Source: Lama guanicoe
Taxonomy: Eukaryota
Direction: 5' to 3'
Assembly: GCA_013239625.1 (NCBI GenBank)
Contig: MU053792.1
Coordinates: forward strand, 718,941-782,940
Length of the DNA: 64,000 bases
Made by a program: the position numbers and the translations under genes. The notes beneath the pieces are model-generated. The model saw nothing but the letters and a program-made list of their open reading frames with translations. It was not told the origin of the DNA and made no database searches. The first letter of the stretch is position 1, and each line of letters starts with the position of its first letter. Positions 12,905 to 25,629 of the stretch are shown here, in pieces.

Positions 12905-13190
12905 TATGGAATAGGAATAGTTTAGGCTCTAATAATAACAAATGCAAAATAACAGTATATATATACATGTATACGTATATATGAAGTCCATATATTACAG
13001 AACTTTTATAGAACTGCTATGGAGGATGCATCATCTTCTGGCAGTCAGACTTGGGTTTTGTTGCTACAGCATCTTCAATGCGTGTCTTCAAGGTCCATGG
13101 CGGCTACTTAAGCTCCAATTGTATCCATATTACAGTCAACAGGAAGCAGTGGAGGGGAAATGATGCCCCACCACCCACTTTATTACACAC
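12905..13190. mobile_element. Old MaLR (MLT1-like) LTR fragment
   Basis: ataggaatagtttaggct..aaaataacagt..ggcggctacttaagctcca..tccatattacag..caggaag resembles MLT1J/K-type LTRs. Confidence 0.45.
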
Positions 13191-13249
13191 ATCATTTTAC
13201 TGTGTAATCACACATGCAATTTTGTAGCAAGGTTATCTCAGCCTTCTAC

Positions 13250-14270
13250 AATATGAGGCAGAGTATTACATAGTTTCCTGTTTCCTAGATGAGTTTGTAT
13301 AATGTTAAAATTAGCTTTTCCTCAAAAGTTTGATAAAGCATACCTTAAAATATTTAGGCATGAAGTCTAAAGAACTTTTTAAAATCACGCTTCATTGTCT
13401 TTCGTGAGTCAGTAGCCTCATTCCAGTTTTTCATTTCTCCTTATGCCACATTTGTTAAAATATGTATAAAATCCATTTGTGTGAAGTACTTAATGGATTC
13501 TGGCAGAAAATGTGCTCTGTGTGATACGAATTCTCTGAAACTTTTTAGAACTTTCCTCATGTCCAATGCATGCTCAATTTTAAAAATATTTCATGTAGTC
13601 TTAAGAAGAATATTTTCTATTTTTAGCTGCAACTTTCCTTATCATCAGTATGTTTTTGCTCAAATCTTCTACGTCTCTATTAAATTTCTGACTGACCTAA
13701 TTGAGAGATAAACATGGAAATCTCCCACATTGGTCATGGATTTATCAACTTCTTACTGTATGCCTACAGATTTTAGCTTTATATGTGATACATTTTAATA
13801 CAAAATACTTTAGAATTGTTAGCACCTTCCTTGAAAAATGAATCTTTTTTTTATACTATGCAATGAACTTCTCTCTCCTTAATGATGCTTTTTGTCTTAA
13901 GATTTTTTTCCACTATTAACATAGCTACTCAAGTTTTCTCTTTTTTAACATTTTTTATTGATTCATAATCATTTTACAGTGTTGTGTCAAATTCCAGTGT
14001 TCAGCACAATTTTTCAGTCATTCATGGACATACACACACTCATTGTCACATTTTTTTCTCTGTGATTTATCATAACATTTTGTGTATATTTCCCTGTGCT
14101 ATACAGTGTAACCTTGTTTATCTATTCTACAATTTTGAAATCCCAGTCTATCCCTTCCCACCCTCTACCCCGCCCCCCAAGTTTTCTTTTGGCTCATATT
14201 TGCCAAGTGTATGTTTTAACATCTATTTATTTTCTTTTCTGTATCCTTACATTTTAGGCAAATCTTTTTG
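13250..14270 (-). mobile_element. Ancient L1 (L1M-type) ORF2 remnants, interrupted by a young L1
   Basis: Antisense L1 endonuclease-region vocabulary (aaatctcccacatt..ggatttatca, aatgatgctttttgtcttaa, attaacatagctactc), highly diverged. Confidence 0.55.
13941..14177 (-). mobile_element. Young 5'-truncated L1 3' end (camelid-type)
   Basis: T-tract followed by aacattttttattgattcataatcattttacagtgttgtgtcaaattccag. TSD caagttttct at 13930-13939 and 14178-14187. Confidence 0.9.
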
Positions 14271-14289
14271 GCACCACAACTGTCATTAT

Positions 14290-14490
14290 GCACTAGGTAA
14301 TTTAATATGTGTGTTACATATTTAATTCTCCCCAAACCCCCCAAAATAAGTCAAATTATTATCCTGTTTTATTCCTGAGACAATTAAGACTTAGAGAGTT
14401 TAAATGATCTGCCTGAAGTCACACAGCAGTCAATGAGAAAGCATGGCTTCTCTAGTCAACAGACTCTTGCTTTAACCGCCATGTTATACT
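14290..14490 (-). mobile_element. MIR SINE
   Basis: attatcctgtttta..aagacttagagagtttaaatgatctgcctgaagtcacacagc (antisense core). Confidence 0.7.
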
Positions 14491-14555
14491 ACATATAAAG
14501 AAAAGTTGACATAATGTTCATTACGCCTTCCTTAATGGTGGAGGATGATCTATGC

Positions 14556-14890
14556 CAGGGATCACCAAAATTTTTCCATAAAGAGCCAGATAGTAGCTAC
14601 TTCAGACTTTGCAGAACATATGGTTTCTGTCACAACTACTTAACTCTGATGCTGTAGCAAAAAGCAGCCGCTGACAATGCATAAATGAATGTGCATACCT
14701 GTGTTCTAATAAAACTCTGTTTATGGACACTGAAATTTCAATTTTTTGTGAGTTTCATGCATCACAAAATTTTATTTTTATTTTGTTTTATTTTATCCCC
14801 TCCAAACATTAAAAATGTGAAAGCCATTCATTTCTTATAGGACATACCAAGGCAGTTGGGGGTCAGGCCCGTGGGTTATGGTTTGCAATA
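14556..14890 (-). mobile_element. MER58B-like hAT-Charlie MITE
   Basis: cagggatcaccaaaattttt..gagccagatagt..gtgttctaataaaact..tttatggacactgaaattt..ggcccgtgggttatggtttgc. Confidence 0.8.
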
Positions 14891-15444
14891 TGCATATTGA
14901 TTTCTATTTTATAAAAACTATAGCTTTTAAACACTGTGCTGTAGTTTAATAGGGTTACCCTGTAATAAATTAAAAATTCATTAATTTTAGAAATGGAAAC
15001 AGTTCTTCAATTATATGGGTAAATGAAGTTGTTACCACACAAGTGTATAAGCATGCAGGCCTTCCCAAGATATCGCTTACTCAAACTCCTTTGGGAAGTC
15101 TTAATATTTAAATTCTATAGGACATGAATCAGATATTCTTTGATGAATTTTTGTTTAGAGTCAAAATAATAGTTTTTCTGACCATTATTTTGTTGGTGAT
15201 TTTGTCTCTATTTGGTTAATGACTAGAATAAACTGATTGCCAAAATTCAAATCTGTAACCTATGTTGTGTTAGTTTGTTTTAGAAATACATAGCTGCCAT
15301 AAATATTTTTTTGGCTTTGAGCATTTTATATATCATAGCTCATCTGTGTGCAGCATGCCAACATATTACAGACTAGCAAACAAAATGGCATAAATAGCTA
15401 TTTGAGATCGATGTCAGGAGCAACTGTTGAATCAGATTCAAGGG

Positions 15445-15725
15445 CCATGTTTCAGTGTGTGCTAAATGCAAGGTGCTGTGCTAAGTTGAGCAGTGGGTAG
15501 AAAGACAAAGTGGAAAGAGGATGTGGGTAAATATCAGGTTTGTAGTTATAAGAGGTTCCAAAACTCTGGGAGAGGACAAAAAGAGTCTGAAGAGATAGAA
15601 TTTTCTAGAAGAAAAGGGAGTGAGAGCAGAGACCAGTCTAGGTAGAGCAGGCAGCAGAAACCAAAGCACGAAAGTGAAAAGGCTCATGGAGCTTTGCAGA
15701 TGCTAAGGAGTCTGGTTTGGTTAAA
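15445..15725 (-). mobile_element. L2 fragment
   Basis: tgcaaggtgctgtgctaag..caaagcacgaaagtgaaaag..gagtctggtttggt (antisense L2 3' part). Confidence 0.5.
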
Positions 15726-17321
15726 AATCTTTGGCACAAGGGGTTTACAGGGAGGAGGAAGCTGAGGCCGGCAATGTTGTTGTGATGGCTGTGTTTCGCC
15801 AAGTGTTCACTAAGATGTGTTGGCCTTGTGCCATCGTGTTTCCACTAAAGCTCCCTTCTGAAAGAGAATTTGGGTTGTGACTAGACTCTTCAATTCATGG
15901 CAGAATAGAAAAGACCCACTGAACAGATGAAACAGACCAGAAGATTTTGGTACCTAAACACAGTAATCATTGTCACACAAAGGATTACACTCAACTATTT
16001 TGCAGAGTTTATTTTAGGGTTTTATTCTGTGTTTATACTTGGCAGATTAAGACCAATAACAAACAAGCGGTCTTCTATGACTGGAGGAAAACAGCATAAA
16101 TGCCCGCCTTTATAACACTCTGTGGCTCTAATTTGGAAAGTAGAGAAAAGAATTTTGTGAGGGATGCTGCTCTCTGGTCCTTTTGCATTGTTGCCCGCCT
16201 ACATCCTGCCAAAGAGGACCCCACGTCATGGGATATCTTATGAGGGTGTGCGTGTTAGTCTGTCTCTCTCTCTTCTTTGGGAATCATTTGCCTCTTTTCA
16301 TATGAATTTTAGAAAGGGATATTTAAAGGTGCATTTGTATCAGCTCTAACTTACAGAAGATTTGAACTTCGACTCACTCAAAAAAATGTGTCTACTTGTT
16401 TCTGAAAACAAATCCAGACACAACTTTAAAAGGCTAATTCAGAGATAGACAATAAGTAAAGTATGGAATTAAAACTGATATTTTTGTCACTGATGTATCC
16501 TTAAGACATTGTTTTTCTGTAGCTTCATGTTAACCTGGATGATTTATATTAATTCTTAGGTATGTTTTACCTGAAATGGGTGTTATTTGAGGCATTTCAG
16601 TTACTTCGTTTTGTGAATTTGTATTCTCTGTATTACATCATCTCAGTTTTCACTCAGTTATTTAGGAAATAAATGGTATCTAGAATCAAAGAGTCCACAT
16701 GTCTAAGTCAAAAAAATACCCTTCTTAAGTTAATTTATATTAGAAAGAGTTTCTCCCTACCCACCTCACCCCAACCCCCCTGAAAAACTGCATTGGTTTA
16801 CATAGGAACTGTAGATGGTGTATTAAGGAGTCAGCAGGTTTTAAATGACAAAAATGGCTGTTGTACTAGAATGAGAAGTTTAAGAATGAGTTTGTTCTTC
16901 AATGTTAAGCGTACGTTGGCTCCATATAACTCTTGTTTTTTAAAAGAAGAATAAGGAAAAGAAGACTTTAAAAAGGGAATTTTTACTTTCTTAACAGCCT
17001 TCTTTTGTAAGCACCTGAACTAGAAATTATTGTCTCTAGTCTAAAAACATGGAACAAGGTAGATTTATCCTTTCTAGAACCAAGAGGCCTGTGAAAGCCA
17101 TGCAGTTGTCAGAATAAAACCAGTAATATCCATTGTATGTCACCCAGATGTTACCATAGCCAAGAAATTCAGCCCCCAGAAGTATGTGATCAATGGTGCT
17201 TTCAGCCCTGTGGCTATACAGAGTCTAAGAAATGCCTTCAGAGGGAGAGGACTATTATAGCGGTATAGCTCTGAAAAGTGGATTGATTCATTTTTGTGTG
17301 TGTGCATGTGCATGTGTGGTA

Positions 17322-17840
17322 TTTTTTTTTGAGGTGTAATCAGTTTACAATGTTGTGTCAATTTCTGGTTTACAGCACAATGCTTCAGTCATACATGAAT
17401 ATACATATATTCATTTTCATATGCCATAAGCTTCTACAAGATATTGAATATATTTCCCTGTGCTGTACAGGATAAACTTGTTTATCTATTTTAATATAAT
17501 AGTCAGTATCTGTAAATCTCGAACTCCCAGTTTATCCCTTCCCAGCTCCCTCCTGGCTGGCAATCACAAGTCCGTATTCTATGTCTGTGAGTCTCCTTCT
17601 GTTTTATATATAAGTTCGTTTGTCTTTTTTTTTCCTAGATTCCATATATGAGTGATATCATATGGTATTTTTCTTCCTCTTTCTGGCTTACTTCACTTAG
17701 AATGACATTCTCCAGGGACATCCATGTTGCTGCAAATGGCATTACTTTATCATTTTTATGGCTGAGTAGTATTCCATCATATAAATATACTACAACTTCT
17801 TTATCCAGTCATCTGTTGATGGATATTTAGGTTGTTCCCA
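17322..17840 (-). mobile_element. 5'-truncated L1 3' end
   Basis: Poly-T at 17322, then gaggtgtaatcagtttacaatgttgtgtc..ctggcttacttcacttagaatg..ggctgagtagtattcca..gatggatatttaggttg. Confidence 0.9.
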
Positions 17841-18050
17841 CCTTAGCAAAGGCCATGATGCAGCTGAACTCAATACGATTAACACAGGGTACAAAGTGGA
17901 ACAGAGCATGAAATAGTTATGATTTTTCTGATCGAACATAGAGAAATAATCCTATTCAGCACTTTTCCCTTGGGGTGTCCATAAAAACTAGAATTTATCA
18001 GTTACCACAAATCTTCATAGATTGAAGCTGGTCACTTCTGACTTCCGGAA

Positions 18051-18266
18051 CAGGAGTCAGCAAACTGCAGCTGAAGGACCAAATCTGGCCAACACAATTT
18101 TTTTGCAAATAAAGTTGTACTGGAGCTCAGCCATAGTCACCCATTTACACATCCTCTGTGGCTGCTTTCTGAACGGCAGAGCTGAGTAGTCACAACAGAG
18201 ACAGTACGGCCGGCAAAGCCTAAAATATTTACCACCTGACACTTTATAGAAGCTTACGAACCCCTT
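18051..18266 (+). mobile_element. MER58A-like hAT-Charlie MITE
   Basis: caggagtcagcaaact..aaataaagtt..gcagagctgagtagt..gcaaagcctaaaatatttac..gaacccct, with degenerate TIRs. Confidence 0.85.
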
Positions 18267-19119
18267 AGAATTTTCATTGCAAATTGATTATGTAAATAGC
18301 ATTATTACATGAAAAAGTATGCTCTATGAAGAATTACCATGTGAAAAATTCCTTAAGTTTGTATTTGTTCTGTGTGTAGTTGCCTTGCTAAGCAAACCAA
18401 ATTTGCATAATATAAAAATATCTTTAAAATTATTCACACAAGTAACTCACTAAATATTTATGAAGTTGATTTCAGAGTCTATGCAAGAGTATGAATATAA
18501 ATATCATGGAAATAAATCTGTAATACCATGAACGTAGGAATTTACACCTGATATATTCCATTCCTGATTTACCAACATCTTAATCTTCATATTTTTCACA
18601 ATAATAATGAACTATCCTCTTCAATTACTAGATAAATAGAACTCAAGCCTTTTTATTTAAAAAATATTTCCTATTCTTTAGAATACCCTATAATCATAAA
18701 CTTGATCAAAGCCTCTAATATGAAATATCAAACTGGGGATCATTTGTTTGCCTTCATGCATGACACACGTCTATGGGGGAAAAAAACGATTCCCCAAAAG
18801 CATCCAAGCATATGGAAGGTTTTACTGTGTATTTATATATGGTAGATGAAGAAAAACAGTATAAAATAATGTTGTACTTGTCTCAAGCCGTATTTAGGGT
18901 TTTTTGGTTGTTTTATGCTGCTTATGTTAACTAAGTAATTAATATGAACTTAGGAAATTAAACTTAGAACCACTGTAATGTAATAACAGCATTTTTAACT
19001 TTAGAATGCATTTATATGTATTTCCAAAATCTTAAATGGGTCTTCGTATATGGCTTAGCTTTGCTTTATGAGTTACATATTTACTGACTCAAATAAAAAG
19101 GAGCTCAAAGGCAAAGGCG

Positions 19120-19690
19120 CCATCGTATCTAAGCTGGCTTGCTACCATCGTTTCTTAACTGATTTCTCTGCTTTGTCCTTACCCCAATCTGTGTATTCGT
19201 AATGCAATAACCAGAGTGAATTTGCTAAGATAGGCAGATCACAACTCCCTGCCTGTACCACCCCCTCAAAGCTATTCAATGGCTTTCTACTCACTCAGCA
19301 TAAAATCAAAGTTCTTATGATGGCATGCCATGCACATTCTGTCCTCAGGGCCTTTGTACATGCTCTTTGCTCTGCCTGGAATACACTTTTTGCGGATGTA
19401 AGAAGACATCTCTCCCTCCCCTCTTTCAAGACTTTGCTTAATGTCGCCTTCTCAGTGAGACCTCTTTGTCCACCTCCATTCTGGTATTCCCCAGTCTCCT
19501 TTCCTGCTTTAGTTTTCTTCTACAGCACATTTCACCACCCTTCATTCTATATGTTTACCTACTTAGCATAGGCTCCGTTACAACAGGAAATTGTGTTTAT
19601 TTACTGCTATACTCTCAGGGTCTAGAACCATATCTGGCACATAGAAGATGCACCATATGTTATGTGTCAAATAAAATTTGATGAATGAAT
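19120..19690 (+). mobile_element. L2a-like 3' end
   Basis: tcagggcctttgtacatgct..tctgcctggaa..aatgtcgccttctcagtgagacct..tctagaac..ctggcacatag..tgaatgaat. Confidence 0.8.
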
Positions 19691-19730
19691 TTAAAAATTG
19701 GCAGGAATAATGATGAAAAAACAAAGGGCT

Positions 19731-20310
19731 GAAGCAACTTAATGTCCATTGACAAATGACTGGATAAAGAAGATGTGATATATATATATTATATATATGG
19801 TATATATATGCTGTTGTGTATATATAATATATGGAATATTACTCAGCCATCAAAAAATGAAATAATGCTATTTGCAGCAACGTGAACATGGACAGACCTA
19901 GAGATTAAGTAAAGTTAAGTCAAACAGAGAAGGACAAACACCATATGGTATCACTTATCTGTGGAATCTAAAAAAAATGATACAAATTAACTTATTTTCA
20001 AACTGGAAATAGACTCACAAACATAGAAAACAAACCATGGTTACCAAAGGGGAAGGGGGAGATAAATTAGGAATTTGGGATTAACATATACACACTACTA
20101 GATGTAAAATAAACAACAAGTTCCTACTGTGCAGCACAGGGAACTATATTCAATATCTTGTAATAACCAATAATGAAAGAATCTGAAAAAGAATATATAT
20201 ATATGTATGTATGTATATATATATAAAACTAAATCAGTTTGCTGTCCACCTGAGACTAATGCAACATTGTAAATGAACTATATTTCAGTAAAAGAAAACT
20301 TTTAAAAAGA
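19731..20310 (+). mobile_element. 5'-truncated L1 3' end with (TA)n expansions
   Basis: aatgtccattgac..tactcagccat..cacttatctgtggaatct..gcacagggaactatattcaatatcttgta..acattgtaaa, followed by an A-rich tail. Confidence 0.9.
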
Positions 20311-20834
20311 ACTGGAGCTTGCACCATCATCTAACAGTTACCTAAACAGATGGTAGTCAGGGGTTTCCCAGGTGCAGGAATGAAGGACCAGTAGTGCCTG
20401 GCTTCTAGGACGTCTATGGGAGTCATAAAATACCTGACATCCTGTCACTTACCAAGTTATTTATACATGAACTAGGAAGATACTTTTTCTAATTTTAGCA
20501 CTTAACAATTGGTGACTGTGTAAATATGAAGTGGTACTGTACATTCTTAGGATATTCTACAAGAGGGGAGAAAAATTCTAACATGTTTTGTCCTAAATTC
20601 ACCAGGGTTAGGCATAAGCTCAATGTGGTTTTGATGACCCTTCCGCATTCTTTGGATAAACAAGAAGCATTTAGAGCATGGTTCACAGTACATAATGGTT
20701 CACATTGCATAATGAATTGCTACAAACATGCAAATGGGAAAAGGACACTGTGAACAAGGAAGAAGGCTGATCATAGATATTAGGGGAAAGTTACTTTCAA
20801 GTGGTGTCTGAGGTTCTTTAAAAATGTATAATCT

Positions 20835-21092
20835 AATCACAGTAGCAAGCACTTACATAGTGCATAAAGCATGCAGGCGTGGCTCCCAAAGCTATACATA
20901 TTAGACTCATTTCATTATCACACATTCTGAGGTAGGGGATATTACTGTTTCCATTTTACAGCTGAGAAAACTGAGGGCTACAGAGCTTAAATAAACTATC
21001 CTAGATCATACCGCATAGGTGGCAGATCCAGGCTTCACATCTGGGCAGTTAGATTTCAAAATTTGTGCTCTTAACCACTACGTTATGCTGCC
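20835..21092 (-). mobile_element. MIR SINE, near full length
   Basis: gcacttacatagtgc..gaggtagg..ccattttacagctgagaaaactgagg..gtgctcttaaccactac. Confidence 0.85.
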
Positions 21093-22239
21093 AGTGAGGA
21101 CCTCCACCTTTAATTTGAATCAGAGACAGCCAAAGAAGACAGCAGAGTGAGCAGAACCTAGACACAACACAGATCACGATGCGGCACCGGGAAATCCCGA
21201 CAGTTCCTGAAAGGCTCAGAAAGAGAGCCAGTCACGAATCCAAACATCTCCGCTTTAGAAATTGATTTCAGCATGGACACGTGAGTCCTGCAGCTGCTGG
21301 GCATGGTCTTTTGTGTGGTCCCAGGTGTCGGCTGTCCTGCCGGAGCACATGCTGGAAGATGCCAAGGCGAGCATGGTGGGCACTGCCAGCCCCAGGAGAT
21401 GGTGTGCCAAGTTCAATGCTGAAAGTCAAACACACGCACGTGCCAGTTTCCTTCCAAATGCATTTTTATTGAAGAAAAACAGAGTTGTCTTCTGAAAAAC
21501 ATCATCTGTGGATGGATAAAGAATGATATTGGCATTAAAAATAGTAGCATGAGCAGATTTTAAAATTAAAATGCTGTTTAAAAACTGAAGATGCTAGAGT
21601 AATGAAATTAGACAGTTCCATCAAGGAATGGCCACTTGAATATCAAGTGAACAACAACCAGAATCTGTATATTTCTATTTTAGAAAGTCAAAGTTTTGCT
21701 CAGGTTTTCAGGTAAAAATATTTTAAATAAAGAAAATGTGTACCATGCTAGACGAACATATGTACAGGCTATAGATTTTGATAGCAAAGAGGAAACAGAA
21801 CACAGATCACTGTAATAGAAGTACATTTTAGAAAAGTAACATCGGAGAGTTACAAAGGAAATGTTGGGATTCAAAGGAAGAAAACTCCATATCAGATTTG
21901 AGATTAAGATGGGCCCTAAGCAGGAGCCAGAGTTTGAATTGGTGCCTAAGAAGTTAATACAGGCTTTCAACTAGAGGAGTGTGAAGGCACTGCAAGAAAA
22001 GGAAACTAAATGAAGAAGGGGGAAAAGATGGGAAGGCAAGTTTCAGCATGAAGGGAGAGCTGTCCACACTTTCTGGGGCACAGGCTCAGTAACCTGGAAA
22101 GGCCTAGAGTCTAGTAAGGGAGCGTGACCGGGTCTAGGACAAGTGCTAGGTCTTGTGCAGACTCCCCATACCAGTGACTGATATAGAACATGCGTTTGGC
22201 ATGTACGTGACATTAGATGGCATGTAGGTGAAATGTTAC

Positions 22240-22770
22240 ATGAAATAAAATGGAGAACAGTATCCAAGCAGATAACCATTATGTAATGCGAGCCATGCTG
22301 TAATTGAGGCACATACCAGAATGTGCAGAGGTACTGGAGAAGGCAGGTTAATTTACACAGACAGTCAGAGGAGGCTTCAGAAAGGATAACGTTTGAGTTA
22401 AGGAGATCTTAAAGACAGATTTCCAGATAAAGTGAGGGAAGAATGGTGTTTCTTAGTGGCAACAGTGTGTCCAAGAAGGTAAAATGGTAATGCAAGTGAT
22501 AAATAGCTCAGTATGGCTCAAAAACGAAGGGACTGGGAGATGCCTAGCAGGGAGAATGTTTGGGACAGATGAGGACGGATAATGTCAGACTGCATATGCC
22601 CTACCTGAGAATTTGGACTCTCTGCCCTAGGTAAAGGGGTGCTGACAGTTATTTTAGAGTGTTGATGTGATAAAAGTTTATGCTTCAAAAATAGAACGCT
22701 AACGCTGTATGGAGAATAAACTGAATGTGGTAAGATTCTGCAGGCAAGAAAAAGCAGCCAGGAAAGTTAG
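22240..22770 (-). mobile_element. L2 fragment(s)
   Basis: gtcagaggaggcttc..gtttgagtt..gaatttggactctc..agttattttagag..tttatgcttcaaaa (antisense L2). Confidence 0.55.
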
Positions 22771-23585
22771 AACATGCCACAGAAACAAGTCAAAATGAGC
22801 ATAGGATAAACTATATACATAAATGCTAAGAAGTACATGAGTCATCAGAGTAGGCTGGCTGACTTTAGTCAAAATTTTATCATTTGGGATTTGGAGCCAG
22901 ATTTTTTTTTTAATTTCCCCATTTTAACATTTAAGTTACTTTTAAGTAACAAAAAAAAGGTATTACTTTAACTCACGGATTCCCACCTAACTTCTGTATT
23001 TCAATATGTACTGAAGATGCTAGTAACATCAATATAAAAGTTTTCCTTATGTCACAGTACATCATTTCTATTGCTAGCTGGTATATTTACATGATACACA
23101 TGGAGAATATAGGTATAAACTGCTTTAGTTTGCTGCAGTCTTGTCATGCGTATAACATCCTGATATAAAGAGAGTCTGATCTGTGATGACACCTGAACAC
23201 TTAAAATATTAAGGATTTTAATACATGGCTTAACAATATCCTGCAACTTAACACCAGTTTTTTAAATAAACCCATCATTCAGTCTTTTCTTATTTCCAGG
23301 CTGAAAGACAAAATAGGATCACTTTGTTACATTACAAGCTGACCCAGGCCCTCACTTCTACTGAGCAATTTTTGCTCATCCCTGGCTAAAACCTTATTAC
23401 TTTCCCCAAAGCTTTTATTTCAAATGTTTTCCTAATTCTCACAAATATCTAGCTGGACTTTGTCTATTCCCTTAATTCTTTGCTGATCAGGGTACTTTTG
23501 TTGAGGCCATTTAATATGAGCTTTCTCAGTAGTCTATCAACATCAAAACAATCTGAATACTCCCTCTGTGTTCTTTCTGCCTTGT

Positions 23586-23878
23586 CACAGAAAACAAACT
23601 TATGCTTACCAGGGTGGGGAATGCAGAGGGAGGGATAAGTTGTGAGTTTAGGATTGGCATATACAAATTACTGTGTACACAATAGATAAACAACAAGATC
23701 TTACTGTATAGCACAGGGAGCTATATGCAATGGCTTGTAGTAACTTACAACAACAACAACAACAACTATATATATATGTATGTATGTATGTGTATATATA
23801 TATATATATAACTGAATCACTATGCTTGCTGAAAGAAAATAATACAACATTGTAAATCAACTATACTTCAATTTAAAA
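23586..23878 (+). mobile_element. L1 3' UTR fragment with a (CAA)n/(TA)n/(TATG)n compound microsatellite
   Basis: cagaaaacaaacttatg..ctgtatagcacaggg..acaacattgtaaatcaactatacttca. Microsatellite at ~23748-23810. Confidence 0.9.
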
Positions 23879-23891
23879 GGGGGAAATATTT

Positions 23892-24610
23892 CTTCTAGGA
23901 GAAAATTTTTGAGATGTATGTCAGATAATGTTTTGCCCATATTTTCCTCTGGGAGGTTTATTGTATCTTATGTTTAAGTCTTTGATCCATTTTGAGTTGA
24001 TTTTTGTGTATGGTGTAAGGGAGTGTTCTAGCTTCATTGTTTTACATGCTGCTGTCCAGTTTTCCCAACACCATTTGCTGAAGAGACTGTCTTTATTCCA
24101 TTGTATATTCTTGCCTCCTTTGTCGAAGATGAGTTGACCAAAGGTTTGTGGGTTCATTTCTGGGCTCTCTATTCTGTTCCATTGGTCTATATGTCTGTTT
24201 TTGTACCAATACCATGCTGTCTTGATGACTGTAGCTCTATAGTGTTGTCTGAAGTCTGGGAGAGTTATTCCTCCAGCCTCTTTCTTTCTCTCCAGTAATG
24301 CTTTGGCAATTCTAGGTCTTTGATGGTTCCATATACATTTTATTATGATTTGTTCTAGTTCTGTGAAATATGTGGTTGCCGGGGGGGTGAAGGGTGGGAA
24401 GGGATAGACTGGGACTTCAAAATTGTAGAATAGATACACAAGATTATACTGTATAGCACAGGGAATCACAGAGGGAAAAATGTGATAATGAGTGTGTATA
24501 TGTCCACGTATGACTGAAAAATTGTGCTGAACACTAGAATTTGACACAACATCGTAAAATGATTATAAATCAATAAAAAATGTTTAAAAAACTAAAATAA
24601 ATAAATAAAT
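23892..24610 (+). mobile_element. Young 5'-inverted L1 (twin priming) inserted in the tail of the preceding L1
   Basis: Antisense ORF2 block 23892-24373, sense 3' UTR 24371-24590, then a (TAAA)n tail. TSD AAA-G5-AAA-TATTT (23876-23891) and AAA-G6-AAAA-TATTT (24611-24628). Confidence 0.93.
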
Positions 24611-25190
24611 AAAGGGGGGAAAATATTTAAAAATTAACACAAGCAACAATCAAAAAAAAAGAAAAAAAGAAGTAGTCTTTGCCTTCATTCAAGGCTAACG
24701 CTCCAAATATTTTATTTCATATTTCCCTTCAGTTATCTACACAGCTTCTTTGGCCTTCAGTTTCTCTGCCCCTGTCTATACACATGACCAAAATGTTCCC
24801 AAACTATAAAGACTCAACCCCTGAACTCTCCTGAGCCACTATGTCAAGTCTCTCATCATCACATTCACTGAAAACGGTCTAGAGAATTCTTCGTACATCT
24901 TTGCTCTTTGTGATTTGGGCTCTACCTACCACCACTCTAAGAATTTAACCTTTTCAAAAATTAACCTTCAGCTCTCCAAATCCAAAGATGTTCCTGGTAT
25001 TTTTTTACTCTTAAATGCTTCTTCTTCTTTATCCTTTTAAATTCCTCTTTGATAGCTGACATTATTTTGCACTATTTATTTAAACGTCATGTTCCCATGA
25101 TCATCTTCAATACAATCAACCAACTGAGGATCAAAAGATTCTGGAAAGTTCCAAATGTTAAGACTTGGTTTTGAATTTGCCTCAAGCCAG

Positions 25191-25375
25191 CAACTATTTA
25201 CATGGCATTTACATAGTACTAGGTATTTTAACTAATCTAGAGACAATTCAAAGTATATGAAAGGATGTGCATAGGTTACATGCAAAGACTATAACATTTT
25301 AAATAAGGGACTTGAGCACTGTGGATTTTGGTATCTGGAGAACCCTGCTACCCTGCAGATCCTGAGGGACAACTG
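25191..25375 (+). mobile_element. MER2 (Tigger-derived) 3' half
   Basis: caactatttacatggcatttacat..ggatgtgcataggtta..agggacttgagca..ggattttggtatc..gagggacaactg terminus. Confidence 0.85.
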
Positions 25376-25629
25376 AGCAACCGCACTGTTTCTTCTCTGC
25401 CTTATGTTCCTGATCCTGAGCATACGTATTCTCCACGTTCAGTCCTTACTACTCAACTCTGCTGTCTCAACATTCTTTCTGGCTCCAATGCTGCCTTTAG
25501 CATTGCTCTAACCATAATTTTGATCAGAATGATTTCCAAGTCCCTGTCTCTATATGAGCACATGCTAAAGCTTCAGTCCCTTTGTTCAAACAAGCTTCTC
25601 TAAGAAGGTATAATTCACATTTTTTTAAT

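Noticed and set aside
6097..21147. Exact 17-mer caaagaagacagcagag at 6097-6113 and 21131-21147
   Set aside because: A purine-rich 17-mer match has roughly 0.1 or higher chance expectation in a 64 kb self-comparison, and the flanks do not extend the match.
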